Shown here in pieces: positions 1 through 10,510 of a DNA stretch of 64,000 bases; position 1 is the stretch's first letter; each line of letters starts with the position of its first letter. The position numbers and the translations under genes are program-made. Below the pieces are notes generated by a model. That model worked only from the letters and a program-made list of their open reading frames with translations, had not been told where the DNA came from and made no database searches. Where the stretch lies: positions 95,358,001-95,422,000 of the forward strand of contig NC_045696.1 of the NCBI RefSeq assembly GCF_009834535.1. Reading direction: 5' to 3'. This stretch comes from Camelus ferus (lineage: Eukaryota).

Positions 1-2145
1 CCTATAGAGCAGCCCACTATGATTAGTACTGCCGTTAAGACTTTAAACTGAGCCAAGCATTTAAGGGACTATATTTCACTTCCTTCATCTGCTCCACTGA
101 CTTCACGTCTACTGCCCACCTTGATGCCTTGAGTGTAAGAAACCCCAATCACCTATTCTTTTCAGCTTCTTCTAAGCAAGATCTGAGATGTTCTCTAATC
201 TCTGCATCTTCTATCACTAAGCAGAAAGCCAGAAGGTGCAGCAAGACTATTCTCTATTTCCATAAATAGGTATGTCAACTACAGGCCTAATATATGGAGA
301 CAATGATAAATGCAAGGGCAATTTTTTTGCTTAAAGTAAAGATAGGAAATTTTACATAACAAAGTCACACACCCTTCCTCAATGAGAAATAACGATATTA
401 CTCGTCCCCTTCCCCCCAGGAGAAACCCTGGGATAGTCTGTTTTTGGTCTGGAATAGAACCCAGTGTTTCATTTCATAGGAATTCTGTGCCCAGAGGAAG
501 AACAGAATGTTGGAATCAGAACTTAATGAATTCAACTTGGAGTCTAAGTTTGCCCCAAATGTGGAAATGTAAACACAAGCAGTAATATCTCAAACCATAA
601 AACATTTTGGATTCTGGGCTGGCATAGCTGCATGGAGTGCCACACTTGCTGTGTATCTGCACACAAATTTGTTCTTAGTTACATGAGGGGAAAAAAATTA
701 AACTAGGCACATGTGAGGTTTTCTGACTCTCTTAGTAATAATAAAACCTGATTATCACATCTTAAGTGACACTGTAATTATCGATGGATGATGAACTGGT
801 TTTCTGGTGCTGACCCAATCTGTTCCCTAAAACACAAAAGGCAACTCTTGTCGTCCTCGGTGAGGAAACCCCCTCATTCAACAAATAAAACTAAAAGCCA
901 TGTCTACCTTTGGAAAGAAGGCCTAACAACACACTAGTAATACAAAAAAAAAATTCACCCCTGTTGTGCAAATACACAACACTGATGAAAATCAGAACTC
1001 GGTAGGCTTCCTAAAATACAGTTTTGAGCTGTAGTTGTCACCAACTTAAAGAAAGCAAAGATGCAAGTGACAACTATTTGCTTTCTCAGGCTACAAAATA
1101 ACTAGTCAGCGTCTCTAGCTATCATACTATACTCAAGACATTCTGTAAGTATTGAACTAAGTATTCCTGGGGTGAATTTTACAGTCCTTGAACTTTCATT
1201 TTAGCTTGTCTCAGTGATAATACTTTATCTCAACAGCAAGACAGGGAGAAACACCAACGCTCTCAGGAACCCACGGAGATAACATGGAGTGGATCACTTA
1301 AACGCTGGTATAGAATCGTTATGTACTAAATACCCTCTGCGTATAAACAGACACTGTGTTCAAATCCAGGAGGGAGGAACACCGTGTCCACTGGTGTAGT
1401 ATTTCAAAGCACATTGCAGAGGGCCTGCAAATCCAAAGGCATTAATTATGACTTCTCTCTCAGTGTATTAATTTGTTTAAGAAATTCCTCAGAGTGTGGC
1501 AGAGTTTACCATCCATTTGCTGTCGGCTTTGTGCCTGGGCGGGTGGGCACACAAAGTAAAGACAGTGGCATAACCTTCCTGGCAGCTTCTCACTCAGTCT
1601 GAATCCTAGGGAAGCACTCTGCGCGGAAATACACCACAGAGCCCGAGCAGCCGCCTACTCTCCCGGGCCAGGAGAGATTTAAGAGCACAATTACTCTTCC
1701 GGCTACAACACTCTGGTTGTAAAGTGCTCTGAGAGGGGCAAGGATAAGCTCCCCCATATACCTGCTCGTGTTACAGGCTCTGGAATCAAAGTATTCTCAC
1801 ATGACACATTACTACCAATAACAGATTCCGGCTCCGTTTAAAAAAAAGAAAAGGAAAGGAAAGGGGGGGCGGGGGGGGGGGGACGCGCTACATATTTGTC
1901 CTGCTTTTGTCTAAAAAAACCAGAATCAAAGTCCTAACTACTTTTCATTCTTTTCGACCCCTCAAGAAAGCAATTCAATCAACTAACTGCGGCTCCACCC
2001 AGAGAGCGTCTATACTTACTTTTCTTACAGTTTTTGAGTGACGCACTACAAAACGATTGGGGAAAAAAAAGGAGCCCTCTCATGCAGGGCGTCTTCCGCC
2101 CTGTAAACTTGGCAAAAGGCAAACTGGACTGAAATACAGCACTCT

Positions 2146-2155
2146 CCATATAAGG
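2146..2155. promoter_or_regulatory. CArG box (SRF site) in proximal intron 1
   Basis: CCATATAAGG is a perfect CC(A/T)6GG, ~0.5 kb from exon 1; near-CArG ACATATTTGG at ~2220. Confidence 0.45.
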
Positions 2156-2367
2156 AAGCCCAGCTAAACATGTCATGCGTAATTTATGGGTAGCAGGCAG
2201 AGAATTAACCTTTGAGTGCACATATTTGGCCCAGATGAAAACAGGGCTGGATGGCAGCCCCGGGGACAGGGATGCGGGATCTCTTGGGAGAAACCGTGGC
2301 TCCCATCTGATGGACTCGCATCTTCCCCCGACAAAGGTCGTTAAGTTGTAAGTACACTTCCACGCAC

Positions 2368-2670
2368 CTGTTTCTTTTATCCCCTCCCCCAACCTACTCC
2401 CCCCCCCCCTTCTTTCTCTTTCTTTCTTTCTAAGCTGCCAAATGGGAGGCTGGCGTTGCTGACAGTGTCCGCAGAGCCCCGGGAAGGGCTGATCGGAGCT
2501 GGGCTGCAGCTGCACAACCTCCCGCTCTCCCTCCAGCTAGAGATGGTGTGTGATAGGAAACCATTCCAGCGTGGTGAGCCGCCCCAAGCCTCCTCTCACT
2601 TCCTCCTTCAGCCATATACAGCCCCGAAAGAGTACGAACAATGCAGAGCAGCAGAGCAGCGCGAGCAAAC
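2368..2670 (-). other. Candidate alternative first exon of MBNL1 (5' boundary unknown)
   Basis: Minus-strand donor AACAG|GTGCGT at 2368/2367 within the CpG island, after a purine-rich tract. Confidence 0.4.
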
Positions 2671-3343
2671 TGTGAAAATGGAAACTTACCTCTCACATTT
2701 TTTTTTTCAGAGGCAGCCCGACTGCCGAACGAGTGCCCAAGGCATTGTGGGAGTCATGATTCCAAGAGGCCCGCGATTTAAAATTGAACTTGTCAGTTCC
2801 CGGTCACGGGAGCATTGTGAGCGCCACAACTCATTCAGCTGCAGTGAAAAGACTGTTGCATGTCGCTGTGCAGCCTCTTATCGCCGAGGTCTGGTTTCCG
2901 CTGCTGCTGCGCGGCCCCTCCCCCGCCGGCCCAGCCCCACCAGGAAGCCCTGGGCGGACTCGTCGAGCCCCGGAACGCACGCGGCGGCGGAAAAAAAAAA
3001 CGCTCTTCAACTTTCCGCCGCCCTCCAGCTCTGCCCCCCGCCACCCCGTCGCCCCTCAACCAAACAAAGTCCGCTGGCGGTGGTCATTGCCACGTTCCGA
3101 TCGGCGCAGAGAGCGAAAGGAAACCCGAGCCGGCGCCTGCGAGGTGCATCCCCGCCGCCTCCCGGTGGTATCTTCCATCTTATACGTTCAACATCATAAC
3201 CTCCGAGCTATAGTGCAAACGGGACGCACCCCTTCTACTTTCTGCGGCTTCCCACTGGCTGGGCAGACAGATAGGTTCGTTTTTTGAAAGAGGCCCGTGG
3301 ATGGATGGGGCTTAGTAAGGCAACTGGCAAGGTTAGACAGAAG
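2440..3343 (+). ncRNA. Candidate 5' region of an antisense lncRNA (MBNL1-AS1-like)
   Basis: Plus-strand donors GTG|GTGAGC (2573/2574) and AAG|GTGAGT (3343/3344) flank exon 1; human MBNL1 has an overlapping antisense lncRNA. Boundaries are inferred. Confidence 0.4.
2690..3020 (-). other. MBNL1: Non-coding first exon (5'UTR) of MBNL1; 5' boundary approximate
   Basis: Minus strand reads GGCGGAAAGTTGAAGAGCGTTTTT...GCAGCAGCAGCGGAAACCAGACCTCGGCGATAAGAGGCTGCACAGCGACATGCAACAGTCTTTTCACTGCAGCTGAATGAG...CTCTGAAAAAAAAAATGTGAGAG|GTAAGT, which I recall as the human MBNL1 mRNA 5' end. Consensus donor at 2690/2689, inside a CpG island. Identification is from memory, not a search. Confidence 0.82.
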
Positions 3344-4331
3344 GTGAGTCTCAAATCAGGATAAAACAGTAGAAGCTGATGGAGCTGCCGCCTTAAAATG
3401 CACCACACGATTTTTGAACCTGGATGGCTCACAGGCGGGAAAAACATCCGCAAGACTGCCAGTGTGTATCTTTCTCAAGTAACAGGGTGTCCAGAGTTTT
3501 GGAATTCCTTAGTAAAATTTCTTGTCACACAAGCCCGAACACTCACATACCAGCTTCCCATCTACTTTGTAAATAATATTTGGAATGTAAAATCCCCTTC
3601 CTTCCCAACTCTGCGTTATATGATTTATAAAAAGCAAAGCCCCCTCTTTCAACATAAAATACTTATTTTCTGAAATACTGGAGTAGTCCAAGGCAAATAA
3701 GTCATATTATTACTGGAGCAAAAGAAACCACAACCCAAAATCATAATTCACTGGGTGTTATAGGATGTAACTTGGCTTCACTTTCAAGGGAAAGAATCCT
3801 AGACTATCGTGATGTGATCAAGTTTTGGAGATTCGGGGGCAGAATTTCCTTTGGATTTAGGGAATAACTTATTCAATGATGATTCTAATTAAAAACATTT
3901 GTTCCATGCTTTGGATACAATTTAGAACAAAATGCTAGATATTGTGCGACTATTCTTCCTACAAGTTTGTTAGGTTGTGTTGAAGAGAGTGGGGACGGTT
4001 TAAGGAGGAGAAGGAAAAACACCATGAAATGTACTAAAGTACGAAAATACTTCCAGAGGCACTAATAACACACTTGAGTTCTCGACCCTTGGCTAGATCC
4101 ACAAAATGCTGAGTTAATATTTTGCACTGCTCCCTTCCAGAACAAATAAATAAATTAATTCTATGGTGCCACTTCTCAGTGTTAATCATTAAAAAGTACG
4201 CAAGTGCACACACAGTGGAAGCAAATTTTAAAGGAAACTGACACTTTCTCAGAGAATAGGGATGGGCATTTTCTATCTGCCAATTAGTAGCTACCCCCAA
4301 GCTATGAGGGCTTCTTCCTTTCTTCTAATTC

Positions 4332-4970
4332 AGCATTCATTTCAACAACTACATCAACAGCCTGCTTGCTATGCCAGAGATTCGAGAATGTATAACAGAG
4401 TCCCTGCCCTCAAGGATAATACCTCTATTAGGAAGAGACAAACCAATTAATTCTTCCTGAGGGCTTATGCTAAAATGATGGCGGTAAGCCCAAGGTGGGC
4501 CTGAGGAGTGTCAGGAAGGGTGCCTGGAGGAGTTATTTTAACGGGTACCTTAAAGGTGTGTAGAAATCATCAAGATGGAAAGGGAGTTGAGACCAGATCC
4601 AGTGGAGAGAAGAGCCTGGCAAATACAATGGACTTGTCAGTCTCTTTGTTAGAAGTAAGAGATGAGAGTTGTACAGGAGTGGCAGTAAATGAGCTAAAAG
4701 TAGGTCTGTGTTAATCCAAGGAGTCTCAGCTTTACTCTGAAAACTGTGATGAACTAGAGGCGTTTACACATCAAGGGGATAGGTGGAGTTTGGACTTGTA
4801 TTTCAGAAAGATCCTGCGGCCGCAGCTTGGAGAGTGAATGGGAACGTGGGGTGGAGGCCGATGGAAGAAGGGTGATGGGTGTGGACAGACTGGAAAAATG
4901 ACTCATGCAGGGAATGAGGAAGGGAGGAGCCTTGGGAGACTCCCAAATCCCTGGCTTAGCCTACTGGATT
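4332..4970 (-). mobile_element. L2 LINE fragment
   Basis: cattcatttcaacaac...gtccctgccctcaagg...ttgtatttcagaaagatcctg...gactcccaaatccctggcttag. Confidence 0.65.
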
Positions 4971-7289
4971 GTTTGCTACTTGCTTTTTAATTCCTCCGGT
5001 TTGCCTCCATTCGCCATGACACAGACCCTGGCTTCTGAGCTGGGCCACCTATGCTGGCAGGTTAGTGTCCTCGCTGGCTTCCATGGACCACTCCTCAGAA
5101 TGCCCAATGACCCGCTAAGGGCTAATCCTGCTTGTAGGAATTTATTTTCATTTGTTCTCAGACCCTTGTAGACTTTCAAGTTAGAGCTTTGCTGTCCTTT
5201 TTTCATGTGGGTTAGAAAATTCGCTGTTTGGAACAACATGGTGAAAAACAGGACTTTGAACCTGTGTATGGTGCAAGAGGGGAAATTATTTTTCCACTTC
5301 AGCACTGGAGAAGGTGGGGAAGTTCTGGGAACAAAAGAGAAATTGAAACTGAGGCAAATTTTCTGCTCCACTGAACAGAATACGAAGAAATACAAGAAAG
5401 AAACTTGAATGTTAGAAACAGAATAAACATCGTAGTAAATGATAAAGAAGAGGGGGGAAGTGTTATTTCACATTAGATAAAGGAAAAAAGGATGGCTAAG
5501 AAACTCATATAAAACAATGGTCAACCTAGGACTCACAAGTCAGTCGAAATAAATTGTGGTATAAAACTTCATTGCCACTGATTTAGCTTAATTTATTACC
5601 ACTGATAATACTATAACATGAATAATGACATTTAACATTTTGAAGCACTGTAACAAACATTAGATCATATGTTAAAAACATTAAACCATGTTGTCAGCTT
5701 TCAACTAGCAGTGGCATTCTAACCACATTTCAAATTGTGGAAATTATTAAAAAATCATCGTAGTAATAAAAAGTAAATTGTTCCCCATTTAGAATACCAG
5801 TAATATTCCCTCAGTGCTAGGATAGCATTATGGTTTCTCTCACTCCTCTGAAGGGCAGTTATAGTCCATAGGTTTATGAGTGAGAACATCTTTAAGTATA
5901 AAAAGAATGTCATTTGGGGGTAGAGGGGGAAATTATAAAAAACAATTTCAGATGAAATAAAACTACCTTTTCAGATGAAGGAAAGAATATTCACTACAGG
6001 TTCCTGAAATATTTCAGACCATTCAAGTCTTAATTATACCAATGAATCCCAATAGAAATACAGTTAAGGAATATGGTTTTCAGAGATAATATCAACTACC
6101 TGGTTTACCAATAATACAGATACAGGAAATAGCATTTATCTTTTTCATTCAAATGGGAGTCTCTAAGGCATCTGTGTAAGTACGTGGGTCTGCGAATTGA
6201 TCTTTCTTGTCCTACACACCTCATTTATAGTCAATAAGCTCTTGCTGCCTTCTAAATATATTTGCCTTTCCTGCCTCAACCCCCAACCCAACATCAAAAT
6301 GAAAATATCCCAAGAAGGTATGCGTTATAAAAATTGAAATATGAAAAGATCTTGAATCGTGGATCTAGAAGTGCTGTTTTTAATATACCAGGGTAGAAAG
6401 AATCCATTGCAAGATATTGTCAAAAGTGAGATCAGATTCAGGTCCCATGATTTTTAATCCATGTTTAAATATAGATGGTTAAGAGAAGAAGCTGCTGGAA
6501 GGCAACAAAGAATTGGAAATACTCTCCTATGAGGAATTAACTTAACATGGATGTATCAGATGTATCTCCATTCAGTTTCACAGCAGGGAAGGGGTTGGAA
6601 GCATTCTTCTGTAGCCTGAATTCAAACTTGTTCAGGTATCTGAATAAATATACTTGATAGAATTGTATGAATTTAGTTTACCTAAATTTAGTTTAGGATC
6701 TTTATTATATAAAATCAACATATTTGTCTTAAAATACTTATAAAGATTAAAAGTTAAAATATTAATTTATGAGTTAATATAATTATTATGCATTAAAATA
6801 TTAATTTTAATAAATTAATAGAGGTATTTTACCTAAAAGTTGACTCTAAATCTTCAGTATAGTTATTTTTGCATCTAGCAATAGGGAAATAGAAAACAAA
6901 TTCATTTCGGAATTAAAGGTTTAGAACCACAGAATTTTAGTAGAGAATGGAAACTTAGAGTCCATCTGGGCCTGTTCTCCTGTTAGACCAGAACGTTGTA
7001 TACATAAATTGGTTCCATGACAGAGAAGAACTGGTATCAGTGTCTTCTGACTCTCTCAGGCCATTTATTTTCATTGTTTTTCTTAAAGACACTGGGGCAA
7101 CAAGAAGCTCTAATATAGGCCTAAGTGTTGCCCAAGTTTATGTGAAGAGGAGTCAGCCACATTAGATTTCTAGGAGTATAATTCTTTCCTCCTCTATGTC
7201 TTCCCTGTTTCTCTTTCTTTTTCTCCTTTCCATTTCTCCGTACTTCTTTCCTTCTTTCCACACAGAAAACACTTTCTCACAGTGCTTCC

Positions 7290-7650
7290 ATTTCACACAT
7301 GTTCATGGGGCATCCATCACGCTAAGACCTGTTCTAGGTATTATGGTTACAGAAATGGACAACACAGCCCAGTCACTTCCTTCAAGGAGTTTACAGTCTG
7401 CTAGGGAGAGACAGACACTAAACAAGTAAAGAACAAATACAAAGAAAAAGATAAACATCTGAGGCAATTTCAGATGGAGGTAGGCACTATGAAGAAAAAG
7501 AAATCAGGATGAGGGGATGAGGCAGGGAGGGTGTGTGTTAAACAGGATGGTCAAGGACTGAGATGGTCAGAGGTCAGCAGAGTCCTCAAGGAAGGGAGAA
7601 ATATCTGGGGAAAAATCATTCAAAGCAGTGGAAACTGCAGATCTAGAGTC
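7290..7650 (-). mobile_element. L2 LINE fragment
   Basis: cttccttcaaggagtttacagtctgctagggagagacagacactaaacaagtaaa. Confidence 0.65.
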
Positions 7651-10350
7651 TTGAAACCTGAGCTCATGCTAGGGCTGGAAGCTCCGGTGGTAAATAAAAA
7701 CTAATGGAATACCTAACCTCAGGGAGCTTACAGTCCAGTGAGAGGATTGAGGATCTTACATTAATCACACTCAACAGGCAAAGCTACAATCATTCTTTTG
7801 GTCAGTGGTTCCCACTGACGCGTTTGGTTATATTAGAGATGCGGGTGGGGGTGTAGTTGGCACAAGACCCAGCTCTGCTTTTCAGTGGTAACTAGCTTCC
7901 ACTTGACTGCTGCTGCGTGGAGGAGGCTGATGTTACCCTCAGAACAGGAAATGCACCACTGCTGAGGATGAGCGCAAACTGAAAGAGCAGGCCCTGGCGG
8001 GGGCGAGGGCGGCAAATGGCTGGAGGCCCGACAGGAGGAAGCGACTTGGTGGAGGGCCCCGGGAAATACAGTCAACATTAGAATCTTCCATCTCAGAGCT
8101 GAAGAGGAAGCCTAAAGCGGCCTTGAGAGAGCTGAGTTGTGTGTGTGAGCCCGTGTGAAAGAGAGAGAGAGATTTTTTCCTCCTTAAAGTCAACATAGTA
8201 TAGGAGATTCAAAACTACTGAAGATAGAATATTTTTAGAAAAAAATTAGCAGTGCTTCCAGTTCCCACGGATAGTCACTGGTAATATTACAGTCTATTTC
8301 CTTCCAGGCTTTTCTCAATACGTTTTTTACACAGTTGGTACGATACTACATATGCAATTTTGTACTGGTTTTTTCCCACTTCATTTCATAACTTTATAAA
8401 ACAAATGACATCTCCCATGTCATTCATATTCATTATACACCACATTTATCACATAAGGTAACAAAGGCTGGAGAACAGACCCTTGAGCCTCCTGCCCCTT
8501 GTTGTAGTGTTTGCGAGCCTACCTCCCAGATCCCGAATTCATGTGTCTAATGTGCAATATATTCCTAGACATTCAATCTGGGGTATACACATGTCTTCTA
8601 GTACAGACTATCACTAGGAAAAGAAAATATACAATAATGGTTTTTTTCATAAATAAAAAAGTTACAAAAATAAATATGAAACAGGTAGCCAGAAAGTCAA
8701 AGTGGACATATTTCTTATATTACCTTATAATACATAATTCCATGTAATATTGTCTAATTCTGTCTACTGTCTCTTAAAATGATGTGTTGTGGTTTAGCCA
8801 AGAATCCCCTTGCAAGCTTTTAAAAATAGTGCCTAATAGATCTAACAGTGTAAATGCCAAGTGTAACTATCTTGTGGATTGTAATCAAAGGTGTTGACAT
8901 ACTAACACTGTTCCATTAGAATAAAAGCATCTGGAAAATGTGGCCATTGCTTTGTTTGTTTCTAAATGCAAACAAATTTTTGAAAATGCCAATAGCAAGG
9001 TTGATTCTTCTTTCCCTAAGTGTCTGCTGTATCTATCTATCATTCACTTCTGGAGTTCCTGTCTTTTGGCTTCTATGACACTCCACATGCTTCCCTCTTT
9101 TCGTTCCATCGTGTAGATTCTCTATCTCTGGATCTTCTGTCAGCACCTCTTACTCCTTCTTACCTATGTATTTCCAGAAATTACCTTCAGACCGTATCTC
9201 CAGAGATGTCCTAAGGGCACCTCTGAATAAGAAGAACTTTTGTCACATGAGTAAATGGTGGGAGACTCAGATACACATCTCTTTTCTTGTCTTCCCTTTT
9301 TGCCTTGTCCACGATGGTGGGAACCAAGTGGTACAGTTGTCAATTAATTCTTATGGCTTCATGGAGGCATCAGGTGCCACCCATTGCTCCTTGATTCATT
9401 TAACAAATACTTATTGCTCACTGACAAAGTAGCAAGAGTGGCACTTGGCGCTGGGGATACAGAGATCATTAAGACTTCTTCAGGTGCCCAGAATCTAGTC
9501 TAGTCAGAGGGTGGGGAGTGGAGGGGATACATGTAGGGGAAAAAAACTCAAGCATTTGGAAAAGAGTGTATCAAGTGAAACAATTCAATTAAATTCAACA
9601 AACCCATGTGCCATGCAGATGGCAAGGAGGACAGGGCTGGGTCAGGCCTCGCTCCTCAGACTCCCAAGCAGCTGACAAATGGTAAAATTACCTGGCATGT
9701 GTTTGTGAAGTGCTTGATGGCACAAGGACAGGCAAAGAAAAGTCACGAAGGGCTATTAGACAGACAAGGGACTTGTTCATGCGAACAATTTTAGCAAATC
9801 ATTGCCCTAGCAACATGAGGAGAAAGTTTGTTTTTCTTATTTTTCATGCTGCCATTACAGAAAGCCTACTGAGGGTCAAGTTGAGTTCCCTGACCCTGGG
9901 GCTCCAGACAGTCAGGCTTCTTCCCCTGCCCTCAGTGAAACCCAGGCAGGCCCTGCAACTCTCTCTCTCCTCACTTCCCTCAGATCATCAATACCAAATC
10001 CCCAGTTAGGTGATGGGCGATTATCTGATTAAAGTCATTCACACTAAGGCGAGAATGAGGCTTAATCCTTCACAAGTGTTTGCTTTGACAAAAGGAGAAC
10101 TTGTTACCCCTAATGAACTGCTAATTAGGCAGAACTTGGAGGCCTCCCTCCTCCTCACTTTCCTGGACTCCCCACCCCCACAGCCTTTCCTTTCTATTTC
10201 CCCTGCTGAAATAAAGGAAGATGGAAAACTGGTGAATTAAAAAAATGTTAGGGACCCTAATTATGTATGTTATCTCTTTGAGCCCTCACAAGAGACACGT
10301 GAGATGGTATTTATGACCCCATCCTAGAAATGAGGGGACTGAAACTAGGG

Positions 10351-10510
10351 CAGTGGTTCTTGATTTTGGCTGCATTTTGGATCAATAGAGTGCAACCACC
10401 TATTTCTGGGTTGCAATCAAATCAGAATTTCTGGGTGTGGCACCCAAGCATCAATATTTTTTTAAGTTCCTCAGATGATTCCGATGTGCAGCCAAGGTTT
10501 CCTAGAGCTG
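10351..10510. mobile_element. MER5-type hAT-Charlie MITE inserted in a MIR
   Basis: cagtggttcttgattttggctgca...aatcagaatttctggg...gatgattccgatgtgcagccaaggttt. Confidence 0.7.

Larger units (their letters stand above)
1..2689 (-). other. MBNL1: 5' part of MBNL1 intron 1
   Basis: Lies downstream (minus strand) of the GTAAGT donor at 2689; no coding exon recognised. Confidence 0.75.
2250..3300. promoter_or_regulatory. CpG island / proximal MBNL1 promoter
   Basis: Only strongly GC- and CpG-rich block in the window (e.g. cggaacgcacgcggcggcgg, ccgagccggcgcctgcg), with GC boxes; E2F-type GGCGGGAAA just upstream at 3434-3442. Confidence 0.9.

Noticed and set aside
2456..3199. 247-aa plus-strand ORF and overlapping ORFs in the CpG island
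   Set aside because: Non-ATG start, low-complexity A/P/R-rich sequence, no recognisable domain; expected from stop-codon scarcity in GC-rich DNA antisense to a 5'UTR exon.
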